From Eledone cirrhosa (taxonomy: Eukaryota): a stretch of DNA of 64,000 nucleotides. The stretch is taken from the NCBI GenBank assembly GCA_964016885.1, contig OZ024746.1, positions 23,746,001-23,810,000 of the forward strand, given 5' to 3'. Under the pieces are notes generated by a model. That model did no database searches. It worked only from the letters and a program-made list of their open reading frames with translations, and had not been told where the DNA came from. Below, one piece after another: positions 10,600 to 24,559 of the stretch. The translations under genes were made by a program, and so were the position numbers. The first letter of the stretch is position 1; every line of letters begins with the position of its first letter.

Positions 10600-10980
10600 A
10601 TAGGGGAGGAGAAATGTCGATTAAATCAACCTCAGTTTGTTACTGGTACTTTATTTTATCAACCCCATAAGGATGAAAGGCAAAGTTAACATTGGTGGGA
10701 TTTGAATTCAGAACGTAAAGGGCTGTTAATCTATGCTGCGAAGTATGGTGTTCAATGCTCTACCAATGCTGCCACTACAATAATTGTTTCTACTTTTGGC
10801 ACAAGGCCAGCAATTACCCAGAGTATTACTGGTACTTTATTTTATCGACCCCGTAAGGATGAAAGGCAAAGTTAACCTCGGCGGGATTTGAACTCAGAAC
10901 GGCAAGGGCCGTAACTCTATGCGTCAAAGCATGGTGTCCGACCCTCTACCGATACTGCCAATCCCTGCCACTACAATAAT
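10600..10980 (-). mobile_element. Two family-A SINEs; young short form inserted at the head of an older long form
   Basis: 16-bp TSD CTGCCACTACAATAAT at 10769-10784 and 10965-10980. Confidence 0.9.
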
Positions 10981-10984
10981 AAAC

Positions 10985-11175
10985 TGTTCTAAGAGTTTTT
11001 AATTTAAAAAAAACTTCCTCCATAACTGTTACGTTCCAAACATCAGCTCAATAATGAGAAAGTTCGTTATATTACTAAATTCCTCAAAACTTCCTGATTA
11101 ATTTCAAAATTACTTGCAAATTATAGGCAATGCCTTTTTATTAGAAAAAATAGTAAATGATAATGAAAGGGTTGT
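10985..11175 (-). mobile_element. MITE family C (piggyBac-like), partial
   Basis: Reverse complement of family-C body; ends ATGAAAGGGTT. Confidence 0.7.
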
Positions 11176-11714
11176 ATGTGGATTAATGTTTTAATCAGGG
11201 TTGACTTCAGAGCTAAACAACAGCAACAACAACAACCATTGATTTAGAGAGAATGAAGATTGATGTTTTGCATACTGAAGTACTCATGGATTTGCTTTGC
11301 TAAGAGACTGATAAACAGAGAGTGAGTGAAGCAGTGAAAGAGGTGAAGAGAGCGGGGTCAGAACAGAGAGGGACAGTCAGAAAAATACAGAGAGGGAGAG
11401 AGATAGTGTTTGAGAGTGTATGTAAATAAAGATATATTATTGAAAACAGTATTACTATAAAATGTAATAGATTTCCTTTCATGCTTTATAGTTTACTGAT
11501 TTTACTTTCTATAAATCTCTGCAGTGTATTGAAATAATACAAATAATGCCAGCATTTTACTTCTATCTGACTAGATTACAAACTATAGTCATACTGGTTA
11601 CCAAACTTAATCTATATAGTAATGTTTCTACTACATTCTCTGTCTGATTGTCACATGAATTCTACAATCTGACAAAATTGTTCTAAAATATTTTCATTCA
11701 TGCCAGAAGTCAGT

Positions 11715-11715
<1 letters not shown>

Positions 11716-11785
<70 letters not shown>

Positions 11786-11820
11786 CATATATATATATAT
11801 ATCATCATCATCATCATCGT
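11716..11820. repeat. (CT)n-(TA)n-(ATC)n compound microsatellite
   Basis: Visible directly. Confidence 0.95.
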
Positions 11821-12187
11821 TTAACGTCCATCTTCCACGCTTGCATGGGTTTGGACGGGAGTTTTCCCACTTGAGGCAAGAGTGGTTGTCTTCCTCACAT
11901 AGGACTGTCTGGCGGGTTTTCTACGGCTGGATGCCCTTCCTAACACCAACCACATTTACAGTGTGGACTGGGAGGTTTTTACCGTGTTACCTACACGGCC
12001 ACATTACAGCAGGGACTGTGTGTTTTTTTGTCGTGACACCTACACGACCTCATTTGTTTCGGACTGGATGTTGTGGTACCAACATAACTTTACATTGAAA
12101 GGGGTGGTGTGGATAGGGTGGGGGTAGTGGGACGGGGGTTTATTTTGTTAGAAGTGCCTACTGACTGTAGTAGGTTTCACTTTGTAT

Positions 12188-12335
12188 TTAGGCAAGGCGG
12201 GTCTTCTGTATTACTGTGTAGCGCCAAAGATCTCGGTCCAGTGACATTGTCTTGGAGAGGTGTAAGTGTGTGAGGTCGGAATTTATCAAGTCGTCCCAGG
12301 TTTTTCTGGGTCTGCCTACTCGGTGGCTACCGTCT
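12188..12335 (-). mobile_element. RTE LINE extreme 3' fragment
   Basis: Translates to GRPRKTWDDLINSDL..MSLDRDLWR, typical RTE ORF C-terminus. Confidence 0.8.
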
Positions 12336-12459
12336 AATATATATATATATATATATAAGATTGAAATAACTACTGGCAATGATACAATGATACAATCAAC
12401 TAACTACCTTGAAGATGATATGCCAGCATGGCCACAGTCCAAATGTTTGAAACCAGTAA

Positions 12460-12652
12460 AATAATTGTTTCTACTTTTTTGGCACAAGGCCAGCAATTAA
12501 TCCAGTGTATTACTGGTACTTTATTTTATCGACCCCGTAAGGATGAAAGGCAAAGTTAACCTCGGCGGGATTTGAACTCAGAATGACAAGAGCCGTAACT
12601 CTATGCTGCAGAGCATGGCATCAGACCCTCTACCGATACTGCCAATCCACCG
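12460..12652 (-). mobile_element. SINE family A short form, near full length
   Basis: Head, core and tail present; short GTAAAA direct repeat at the flanks. Confidence 0.9.
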
Positions 12653-12789
12653 TAAAAGCAGTTACTTATCTACACAATAGTTGTTCACCCTGTAACATAC
12701 CCTAAACAGTAGAAGTGGGCATAAATACACGTTTTACAGTGTCCTATTAGAAACACATTTCCTAAACTTTTCGTCATCAAATGTTCACG

Positions 12790-13010
12790 TGTTTTAATTA
12801 ATTTTGAAAATATTCAAGAATTTGGAAATGTTTAGTAATATAACTAATGTTCTTATTATTTAGCAGGTGTTTCGAATATAACTTAAAGGTTCTTATATAA
12901 AATTATAAGGGATGGTTTTTATATAACCATAAACACGTTAACCTTTTTGTTATCCTATTTCTAATAATAGACACTACATATAATTTTCAAATAATTTAAA
13001 ACATAATCAC
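12790..13010 (+). mobile_element. MITE family C, partial tandem copies
   Basis: TTTAGTAATATAACTAA..ATAAAATTAT..GATGG body, then restart at TTAACCTTTT. Confidence 0.65.
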
Positions 13011-13649
13011 TTTGCCTTCCATCCTTTGAGGTTGATTAACTATCAGTCCAGGAACAGTGGATTGGTGGAATTGTTATAGCATTTAATAGGATGCTTTGTG
13101 GTATCTGATCCTGCTTTGTACAATCTAAGTTCAAATCCTGCATCCTTCTATCAGTAGTTGTAACTAGCAGATAGTATCAGCAATGGAAAGATCAATGGAA
13201 ACATTGTTTCCATTGGTTTAATCTGACAATTGGCTACTTTCCTTCTTTTGTATTGTAGAACTGGGGCTTGTTTCATGCAAGTTAGTATGAAAAGGGTTGA
13301 AGAAGCTTCAATCTTTACATGTGTTATTATCACATCCACCTCCTCCTCCTCCTCATCAACATCATTGTCATCATTATCATCTTACATCTGCTTTCCATGC
13401 TGGCATAGGTTGAACAGGTCACCCTAGTCCAAAACTAGACTGGAGATGCCAGAGTGGTGTTCTGGCAACATTGCACCCCTGGCCATGAATAGACAATATT
13501 ATGTCAGACTTATATAACTATAAATCTTAAAAATGTATGTTCACTGGAAATATGAATACAAGGAAGATATTAACAATTATTTATATACTTAATCAAAAGG
13601 CAGCAAGAGAATAACATCTTGCTCAGTATTGTTTCACCATATATCTGTC

Positions 13650-13970
13650 AAGGTACATGGTCAAGTGGTTATCGTGTTAGACTAATTATCATATGTTTGT
13701 AGGGATCAATTGTTAGACCAGTGCATTGTGTTCTTGGGCAAAACACTTAATTTCACATTGCTTTTCATGACAAGATTGAGGACTCTTATCATTAAAACAC
13801 ACAAGAAACCTCCTATGAGATGCAACCTCATAGGCCAGCTAAACCTGCATAAGTGTGAGCTGTAATAGCAATAACATGATAGGTCTGAAGTCTTTATCAT
13901 TAAAACACCCAAGAAACCTATAGGAGGCCAGATAAATCAGCATAGGTGTGAGCTGTAACAACAGTATGAT
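13650..13970 (+). mobile_element. SINE family G (tRNA-like head, CTTGGGCAAAACACT block) with duplicated tail
   Basis: Tail TTATCATTAAAACAC..AAGAAACC..GTGTGAGCTGTAA present twice; related copies at 14790-14872 (+), 42665-42770 and 45000-45210 (-). Confidence 0.65.
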
Positions 13971-15499
13971 AGGACTGTAGCAGTAATCTGATACTCTCCT
14001 CGATAGAGTTTCTTTCACATTATCAAGTGACCACCAAGAAGCTGACCTTTGTGGCCTCATAGATAAGTTTCTATTATAAATGGGCTTTTGAGTTGCCAGT
14101 AGGTCTGAAATTTTGACATATCAAATGGCCATCTGCTTATTTTTGAGTCCCAGAGACAAAGAAAGGAATACTCATAAATAGCCTGCTACCAGAATCAATT
14201 CCAGCAGTTCCAGAGTTCATACCAAGTAGCTAAGATGTAGTGGTCAACTATTTCACACACCAACCCCTTTGGGTCCGTCTCTCTTTCTTTTAGTCTGTCT
14301 CTTGGCCATGCCAGCAAAATTCATCCCATCAACAGAAGTTTTATAAATACATTTTTAATAAACCTTTGCAAGCAAACACACATATACATCATACCTGATA
14401 CATAACATTATACAATTCAACTGTGGTTATTTGTTCTTCATGTACTGTCGTAATAACTTCAATGAAAGTTATATTTAATAAATTAGTAACATAGTGACTT
14501 TGTGTTATTGTGGTTTATATATTTTATTACCTAATGTGATCAGAGTAAATCCCTTACCCAAGGAACCATCACATCATCATCATCATCATGAACACTGTTA
14601 CTCACTTATTTGCACACCTGCAATCTCTGGTCACACTGTATCAGGCACATTAATCTTCCTTCTCCTACATTCCACCCATCAATAACCACATCTGTACACC
14701 ATCCTCAAGTGAGTACACACACAACAACCGAATCAACACCACAACATCACGATCCATCCAAGTATCAAATGCTCTATAGGACTGAGGCCCATATCATTAA
14801 ATCACCCTTATAATCTCCTCTAAGATATAACCTCATAGGAGGTTACATAAACCTACATAGGTGTGAGATGTAAATTTCATCGTTTATTATTTTTTTCATA
14901 TATCTGCAGATAATAAAAGAGGCAGGTCTTAAGTAGTTCATATTTATACCAGACAACACAACATGCTACTAAAGCATATAACTGTTGTCTCTTTACAAGT
15001 ACAAATATCGATCAATTTCCTGTACTATAAAAAAAAAAGAAAAAAATATTTAAAAAAAAGAAAAACAACTGATGGAGTAGAATTGCAGACAAGTCGACAG
15101 ATCATGTATTGTGAAAGATAAATGTACAAGAAGCTATCATTAATTCATTTGAGACATTAAAGAAGAAATTAGTAGGCGGAAGCCACCATTTCCATGACTG
15201 AGCCCCAAACCCTGTGGTCTGTAATGATGACACTGGGGAGGATACATTTAAATGAAGTGGTGTCTTGTTTACATATTTTAATTATTATTATATATTTCCT
15301 TTTCTAATGTAAAAGAAATAATCGATGTTGATATTTAATATAGATCAGTTAAGTACATTTTTATACTTTATTTTTTATATTTATACACATATATATATAT
15401 TTTTTTAATTTCTCATTTCTTGAAAATAAATATAATGTATGTTGAAAAAAGAAGGAAATTAATTCTTTTGTTACTTGAAAGCAGTGCAATCAACTAAAG

Positions 15500-15742
15500 A
15501 TATCATTATGATCATCATAATTATCATAAACATCATCATAACCATCATCACAATCATCATCATTACCATCAACATAACCATCATCCCCATCATCATCATG
15601 ACAACCATCACCACATTCAACCCTGCCACCACCACCATCATCATCATCATCATCATCAACATCATCACCATCACCATCCTCACCATTATCACAACCACCA
15701 TCACAACAATCACCACTACCATCACCATCACAACCAAGATCA
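15500..15742. repeat. (CAT/CAC/CAA)n compound microsatellite
   Basis: Visible directly; similar tracts at 43495-43620 and 63825-64000. Confidence 0.9.
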
Positions 15743-16449
15743 TATTACATTAGTTTCCCATTCTGGTTGGCTTGGTTGTTACAGTTCAATCAGTCCTTAT
15801 TTGAAACAAAATGACCCAATAGTAATAATAAGTCATAATAAATATACAGGCAGAGTTAGTGAGAGTTAAATATTTTTACACAACAGGAGTAGTGACATTA
15901 ATGTTTTGGTTGTGTCCCTATCAATTTGTTCTTCTATCTAGCAATGGAACTGATGTCTGTACTGTGTTTCTTATTTCCACTACTGGAAAGGCTCTCATGT
16001 CGAAGCTGCTTAGATCTGAAGTAAATTAGATTTTAGTAGATTTATCTGCCGCCATCCCATGCTTTTTAACCATTTCATGTATCTGTGAAATGGATTATGT
16101 CAAATTTAATAAAGCGTAACGGAATAATTCTTCATCTAATTAGTAAATCTAGTTAAAATGTTAATTCCAATACTGAATTGCTTTGCAATGACTTTGTGTT
16201 GTTCCATGTTGGGTTGAAATACTGTGGAAAATCTTGCTTTAATGATGCTAATTAAAATGCCTTTATTTTATTCAACAAATTAGCTAGCTACTGAATCATA
16301 CTTGTTAAAGGAAGACAAAACTACAGCAAATGTATTCAACATGTATTAGCGGAGAGTTCACTTTACCAACATACGGTGTATATCTGTATCCAGTGGCCTG
16401 TTGTGAAAAATATGTTAGCATAAGCAAATGGAATGTTCTGTGTTGAGGG

Positions 16450-16880
16450 AGAATAACCTCACACAGGGATACCATCTCTTTCAAATGGAATAGAGTATAT
16501 ATATGAGGCATAGTAACCTAACACAGTGGCACCACCACTTTTGAATAGAATATTGTATATTTGAGTGACTGTAGCCTCACAAAGTGATACCATCTCTTTC
16601 AAATGGAATATTGTATATTTGAGACATAGTAGCCTTACACAGTGATATCATCTCTTTTAAATGGAATGTTGTACATTTGAGGGGCAGTAGACTCAAACCG
16701 TGATACCATTTCTTTCAAATGGAATAATATGTATTTGAGCCATAGTAGCCACACACAGTGATACTATCTCTTTGACATGGAGGGGCAGTAGGCTCAAGCC
16801 ATGATACCATCTCTTTCAAATGGAATGTTGTGTAACTGAAGGACAATAGCTTTTGTATAGTGATACTATCTCTTTCAAAA
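16450..16880. repeat. ~58-bp minisatellite, about 8 diverged units
   Basis: GATACCATCTCTTTCAAATGGAAT anchor at about 16468, 16528, 16586, 16644, 16702, 16760, 16803, 16862. Confidence 0.85.
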
Positions 16881-18742
16881 CAAATTTTAGTTAGTTGGAA
16901 AGAAGTTCATATTAAATTTGACGAAATGTTGGTAAAAAATATATTACAGTATTTGTTACATTCTGATCTCATATACTGCCAATGTCAACTTTGCCTTTCA
17001 TCCTTCTGGGGTTCAATAAAATAAATTATCAATTGTGTATTGGAGATGATTTAATCAGTTAATCCCTCCTCTGAAATTTCTGGCTTTTTACCTATGTAAG
17101 AACAGTTATTAATTTATTGGTTTATAGAAATGTGAGGAGCTCAAACACAGAAATAACTGTAAAACAGCTGGCTGATATAAAGAATCATAGCAAGACCCCA
17201 TGTTGAATATGAAGTCTATCATAGGGCCCTCAAAACTAATTCTTGCTTTAATAGGGAGAATGGCTTTTAAATGCTTGTTGTTTTTTATAACTCATACTAC
17301 AGTACAATAGCCATCATTGTCATTTATCATCCATTTTCCTTGCTGACATGTAATCACAGACCAGCCAGTACTGAAACAGAATCTCTGACCTCCATGTGAG
17401 CGGGGGTAGGGGCGCTGATATATGATCCTGTGCTCTGAATGCATTTTTTCATGGCTTCAGCCCCAGGAAAGTTGTCATGCCTTAGGTTCAGACATATTTT
17501 TGTTAGGTTCCATCAACTACATTACTTTGACAAAACTCTAAATTTTCCCATCTTTTCAGCATTTACCTGTTGCAAATTTTACAATGTCTTTTGTCTTAAT
17601 TCAGTCATAATTCTGTTGTTTATTTATTTCTAGTCATAATATTTTAATGTATTTAACTTTGTTTTTCTTGAAAGATGACTGTAAATGTTGCTGTCTATTT
17701 TTTTTTGTTTTAACTTCTCACATGCATCTTACCAGAAGAACAGTTTTCCAATCTGTTGCACAAAGTGGCATTATAAGTGCAATCCCACCTTAATGTGCAA
17801 AAGTGCATGCCAAAAGGTTGCTGATGAAGTAGAGAAGCAGTTTTCTGTTGGTCTTACATAACACTTTGTCTGTGTATATTTTCTGCTGATACTATATATG
17901 TGTGTATGTGTGTGTGTCCCTACCAACTTTCACTCACATGGCATTGGTCAGCCTAAAGTTTTGGTTGAAGACATTTTCTCAAGTTGCTCGAAATCTCATT
18001 GTTGTAAAATTAACTGCTTAACCACACAGCCATGCCTGCTCTTCAACATAGCCATATTTTACATAAATAATTATACATGACTAAGCATTGACATTACGTC
18101 TGTTATATCATCATGCTTTATGTAAATGGCTATACATACATGACTAAACATTTATATTTGGTTATGTCATATTACTATGCTCTGATAGTAAACTTTTGAA
18201 AAGCTCCATGTAAATTTCTGCTGTTCTACTGATTGATTAAACTGTGACTGCACCTTGAAAATATTTTACTACATATCACAGTGCATTAATGACAAGGAAT
18301 ATCAATGAGAATCTATATGCAATGCATTCACAATAGCTTGTAAGCTTTATATTTATTTGCTTGTATATATGTTCACCTTTAAGTTTAGATGAAGCGCTTC
18401 TCAGAGAAACATTTGCTTTTCAATATAAAAATAATCCAGAGAAGGTCACTTTTCTTCTCTCCAGTGTTGCTTCATTTCCATGTATTCTATATATCTATGT
18501 ATTCTATGCATTACCATTTTGTTTGTCTGTGAAATCTTGTTACTCAATATTGCTTTTGAAGTCAGTTTGGCAGTTTTGCAGTTGCAGCATCTCAGTATTC
18601 AAAATATCTTTTATTGATTCCCCCCCCCCCCATCTCTTGTATATTTTTTATAACCAGAACATGTTTAATAAACTTGCTTTCTCCTTCCTTACTGTCGAAG
18701 ATATTATTGTTTAATACGTACAGTGAGGTACTGAAAACTAAG

Positions 18743-19353
18743 TTAACTCTTCTGTTACCATATCTCTAACGAAAGACACTTCCTATGATTTTCAAATAAT
18801 TTTGAAAATAACTAAGAATTTGGAGAGATTTAGTAATATAACTTTCTTCTTAAGCTGGTTGTTTTGCACATAACATAAAATTATGATGGAAGGTTTTTAG
18901 ATAAATATAAACACTTTATCATTTTCATTACCATATTTCTAATGAAAAACTCTAATAATGATTTTCAAATAATTTTGGAAATAATTAAGAAGTTTGAGAG
19001 ATTTAATAATATAAAGTTTCTCATTATTAAGTGTGTGGAACATAACTTACATAAAATTAAGACGGAATATTTTTAGATAAATATAGACATTTTAACCCTT
19101 TAGTGTTTACATTACACTATATATACTATTGTATTTTCACGGTAAACACTTTATTTCCTATGAGATTTTGATATTATTTATTTTAAGAACAATACCTTAA
19201 CATAAGTATGAACAGCCGTTATGGCCGGTTTGAATAGAAAGAGGTGAGAGAATTCTGGCCAGATACAGCCAGTTTAAATGCTAAAGGGTTAAAGCAAACA
19301 GTTTCTTATATAACCAAGGGCAACGTTTGAGAGTTTGGTATCAAAAGGATTAA
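18743..19353 (+). mobile_element. MITE family C (piggyBac-like) with duplicated 5' part and a nested MITE
   Basis: TTAA at both ends; degenerate TIRs CTCTTCTGTTACCA / TGGTATCAAAAGGA; body repeated at ~18750 and ~18920. Confidence 0.8.
19096..19288. mobile_element. piggyBac-like MITE family D (193 bp)
   Basis: TTAA TSD at 19092-19095 and 19289-19292; TIR CCCTTTAGTGTTTA / TAAATGCTAAAGGG. Confidence 0.9.
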
Positions 19354-19714
19354 GCTCCTGAGGAATTACTTCACCCTCCCCAAACTTCTCTTTTCACTGC
19401 ACAGTGCACCTTGTCATCCTCACATGCAATGCCTTAGTAAACTTGACATCACCATCCATTGCTGTGCTGAAATTACTTGAAATATAAATTTCAACAACAC
19501 TAGCTAGCAACAGGCACTCTTAACCTTCGTCCTCTGCCACATCCTCAATAACAAGGTTCTTCACCAGATGTCAGAACTAAATACTGTCAGTAGTATTCAC
19601 AAGTGTTTGAGATGATTTATGGTAGTGTTCAAAAGAGTTCTAGATGTGTTATCGTCTCCATGTAGTACATTTACTTTAATGAATATTATTTTCCCTGTTG
19701 TCATTGGTGAGATG

Positions 19715-19958
19715 ACCCCGTAAGGATGAAAGGCAAAGCAAACCTCAGGAGCATTTGAACTCAGAACATAAAGGGATGTAATATCAAGTTATAATAATGG
19801 TTTCTGATTTAGGCACAAAGCCAATACATTTGGGGGAAGGGGAAAGTTGATTAAATCGACCCCAGTGCATTACTAGTATTTTATTTTACCAACCCCTTAA
19901 AGTTGAAAGGCAAAGCTAACCATGGCAGGATTTGAACTCAGAACATAAAGGAACGTAA
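19715..19958 (-). mobile_element. Two family-A SINE copies (partial and long form)
   Basis: GAAAGGCAAAG..TTTGAACTCAGAACATAAAG present twice. Confidence 0.8.
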
Positions 19959-20112
19959 TACAATGAAATTCTGTTATAACGAAATTCACGGGGTATAAAA
20001 AAAATTCGTTGTAATGAAATATTCTTTACAATGAGATCAATCTAACACATCGAGTTTGTGGCTGGGATTGAAAAAAATTTTGCTATACTGAAAAATTCAT
20101 TATAATGGTATT
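19959..20112. mobile_element. Tigger/pogo-like MITE remnant
   Basis: TA-CAATGAAATTCTGTTATAACGAA end and internal TTCGTTGTAA/TTCATTATAA motifs. Confidence 0.45.
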
Positions 20113-22354
20113 ATAATGACAAGAATGTCATATCTGTGGATAAACATTTCTAGTTACATAAAGGTGTTTTCAGACATAATACTGTCATAATACATTATTT
20201 AAAAAATTTTTGTGTTATGCTTATGTGGCACTTTTGTGTGTTAAGTGCAGGAATTAAAAAAAATGCATAAACAAAATAATCAAATAAAATTAAAATATTA
20301 TAGTATGTCTTTGCCAGAATTACACAATAAGCTTTTGTTCACTGAAATGTCATTGCACACTGAGTATTTTTTTAAATATAAATGTCACCTCTAGCTCACA
20401 CATTTTCTTTCATTATCATTTTACATGAGAGGTTGTTACAAACCAAGTTTGTTCTTAATCGGAGTTACTGTCTCCATAGACAGCCCTGAGGGTATGTCAC
20501 TTTTTCATATATTCAAGTTTTAGCACAGTTTCTACCCTTCCTATCAACAACCACTCTACAGAGTATACTGGGTGAATTTTATTATGGCACCAACACCAGG
20601 GAGGTTGTCCGGTCCTTGACACAACTGAAGCGTCCTCTCAACCTTTTTTTGGCATGGTTTCTATGGCAACAATGTCCTTCATAACATCAACCTTTTTACA
20701 GTGTGTATTAAGTACAATTTAATCCCGACACCATTACTAGGTATGGTTTTTATGACTTGATGACCCTCCTAATGTCAACTATTTTATAGACTGTGCTGTA
20801 TTTTATCATTGCATCAGCACTAGATAGGTTGTCATGTCCTTGATAGAACTCAAGAGTCCTCTCAATCGTTTGTTTGACACAGTATTTTATTTGTATATAG
20901 TCAGATGTATGTTTTGTACATTTAACATTTAGCAGATATTTTCTTGAATGAAATTATTAAATTGTCAAACATTTTTATTTATTTATTGACATTTTACTTC
21001 TTCCCCATTATTTTCATCTAAGAAACAACCGTTGTATCACTGTTAATATGAATGCTAGCAGTAGAACAGCTATCTGTACAATTCACTGAATACATAACCT
21101 AAATCTTTTATATTAACACTGAGGCTATAAATGTATTGTGGTAATATATTATGCAACATTGATTTGCAGTACAAGGAATGTTGTGATTGCTATATCTTTC
21201 TAAGCCTGTAGCAATATTCCATGGTTACTCTAGCTTTCATTATAATACCATTGTAAAATATATCTCAAAATATTTATAGATATTATGTTTTAGGAATAGG
21301 TGATAGAGCATCTCTCATTTTTCAAAGTTCATATATTGATTTATGTGTAGTTTAGCGGGTAATGTTTTGGTCTCACAGTTGTAAGGTTGTGGGTTTGATT
21401 CTGTGACCAGGCAGCATGTTATGTCCTTGAAAAGTCAGTCCAGCTATAGAAACCAAGACAAAATAAAACATATGAGCAGGACATAATTATCTGTCCTGTC
21501 TAACTTCAGAACATGCTAATCTGTCTAACCCATGCAAGCATAGAAAATAGACATAAAACCAATGAGGATGACGATGATGGTGGTGGTGATAATGATGTAG
21601 TAGTAGTAGTGGTGGTAGTAGTAATAGTAGTAGTAGTAATAGTTATTTATCCAGTTCAAATGTCATTCTGATATCAAGTTAATATTCTGTTATTGATATA
21701 TTTGGTTACACTATTATTGGCAATGATCCTAAAGTCTATAAAAGTTTGTCTGTTTGCCTTGGAACAACATTGTCATTTCACAATGAATCTTCAGAAAATT
21801 CCACACAGAGATCCAGATTCATTCTAAAATAAATCATGAATGAAACAAATCCATACTCCTAACCAACCCTGGGCAAAAAACTTAAAAAAATAAGAACTTA
21901 TCATCGAAACAGACCAAGGAAACAATGTCTCTATTGGTCTTTTCATTGCAGATATTATCTGTTAGTTGCGACTCCTGAGAGAAGGAGACAAGGGATTTGA
22001 ACTCAAAACATTTAGAACCAGATTAGATACCACAATGGATCCTCTCTGACTCTTTCACAATTCTACCAGTTTACTGCTCCCAGACTGGTACTTTACTTTA
22101 TTGACCATGAAATGAGGAAAGGCAGGATTTGTACTCAAAGCACAGTAAGCCAGAACAAATACAACAGCATTTAATCCATTGCTCTATTGACTCTGCCAAT
22201 TCACTAAATTTAAAAAGAGGGATGGAAAAAGACTGAAAGTTAAAAAAGAGTAGGAGTGTGAAAACTGACAAATCTTAAAAAGAACTAAGTAACAAAATAG
22301 GGTGATGTTAAATTTTTTTTGTTTGTTCTAAAATAGAAGTCAACTTTCCTTTGA

Positions 22355-22389
<35 letters not shown>

Positions 22390-24559
22390 TATGTATATGT
22401 GCTCTGTATTTCTCCATGGATGTATATGTGTATAGATTCATATATACACATTAGCTGTTTGTGTGTGTTTATATGTAACAGTGTACTTGTGATCCAGTTT
22501 CTTTTTGTGTGGTACATGGGTTTAATTATGTGTAGATATGAGTAGTTAGAGATCTGTTAAGTCATTTTTTCTGGTCTCATCTCTTCCCATCTTCATTGCT
22601 GGGGTTCAGGGACAATAGACAATAGCACCAATTCTCATCAATATGATGCTGAGTGTTCATGATTCTCATTGGGGAAAAAGATTACATCGGTGGGTCCCAA
22701 ATACTTGTCCAACCATTATACTGAAGCTGGCTACCGAGCAGCAGCTCATCCACTTTCACAACAAAGATGAAGCCATTGGACATTTGAAGGGATGAATTGT
22801 GATTAAGGAGTCCTATTTACCCTTGTTTCGAAATCAGAGAAGGATCTCCTACACAGACTGCCAACCAAGGCTAACAAGCTCTGTCAACACATTATTTTTT
22901 ACACACTATTAGATGGCTGTTGACTCTCCTGAGTCACTCTGTCTTTGGAGAGGTTTTAATTTTCATCCAGGAGGATGTCCAAAAATCAGCCTCCTTGCCA
23001 TGCAAACAAGCTTAGTGGGGTTGCTAGTTTAGTTGCTAACCATGTGACAGGTTGTACTGGATTACATATCACCAGTAGCACTCAAGACAACCTAATTTTG
23101 TTAATTCATATATATATATGTATTGAAGTCTTTCTCTGTGTATCAACATTTCCAAGCCAGCATATGAATGCCAATATGACTGTTACTGAAACTAAGTGGA
23201 TGTATACGTTTTAGTAATTGTAAGTTAGTGCTTGTATGTGTCACAGTCTATGTTTGTCAATCAGTCTGTATGAGGATTTGGCAAAATTGTTCGAGTATTG
23301 GGTACTTATCCTGGGTTTTTGCGTTCTGAGTTCAAATCTGACCAAGGTCTGCATTGCTTTTCATCCATTCGAGGTCGATAAAGAAAGTATCAGCCCAGTG
23401 CTGGTGCAACCCTCTTCCTTTCTAGCCATCATATCCAAGATGTTCTATTGGATCAAGTGATGGAGGTTGAGATGGTGTCTGTGTCTACTCACGACTACAT
23501 GGGTACCTAATACTCTTAACAAAAGCATGGTACATACTACCAAGTCATACTCAATTGTGAGTGGTTGTAGTAGTAGTAGAGTATGTTTATCAGTAATTTA
23601 GAAGCCAGTTTCAGGCTGTTATTCCATGCCAGCATGGAAAACAAATGTAAAATCATGATGATGATAATGACATACAAGAAAGCTTTAAAATATTTTCTTT
23701 TAATAGACTACAAATAGAGTTCAGCTTATTTCTGAATATCCTATCATGTTGTGTAAATATTTCATCATGATTTCAATAATGAGGTCAACTGAAATGCTGC
23801 AATGCATATTTGATTTCAAAAAGAATTATAAATTAAATTTTATATTCATGAATTCTACTTAAGAAATAAATAAACTAGTAGCTGTTTAAGCTTTGTTTAA
23901 TTCATAAGTTCATTGAAGTTTTATTTTCAAAACATATAGATAGCTGATAGTTAAAAGAGTATGTTCCAATTTAAACTATTTTCAGTGAAACCTATGTTTA
24001 CAATCATGATATTTACTAGAGCATAAAACAGTGAATTGACAGAGTTGTTAAAGCATTGAGTAAAAAATACTTTGTGGTTTTTGTTCTAGATCTCTGCACT
24101 CCAAGTTAAAATCCCAATAAGGTTAACTTTGTTTTTTACTTTTTCTATATTGACAGGGTAAAGTACCAGTGAAGTATATTGCATGAAATGCCTTACAATA
24201 TTTGTTCTGCATTTTTGCATTCTGAGCTTAAATCCAGTTATGGCTTACCTGGGTGGTTGACGTGATCCACTACCTGGTTTAAAACCAGCGTCACCTTGTC
24301 GTTGGGTACCTTTACTCAAGTCCACTCTGTTGCAAGCATTCAAGCCAGGTCTCTTGTTTGAGGATATTTTCCTTCCTCTTACCAGTCTCAGGGGCTCTGG
24401 AAAGTGTCATGGACACTACCCCTCCTGATTAAGCAGTAAAAAATATAAGAAACAATTATTTGCTTAATTAATTACTAGCTGAATTTTTTTAAACATAGAA
24501 TTAATGAAACAAATTATAATGGCTATTTGATTGGTTAATAGGAAGTTGCTCACTAACAC

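Noticed and set aside
15471-15753. Low-complexity ORFs (also 2468, 5776-6065, 43442, 54327, 58557-58993, 63001)
   Set aside because: Translations of microsatellites
16450-16880. CRISPR-like regularly spaced anchors
   Set aside because: Intervening sequences are homologous to each other, so this is an ordinary minisatellite
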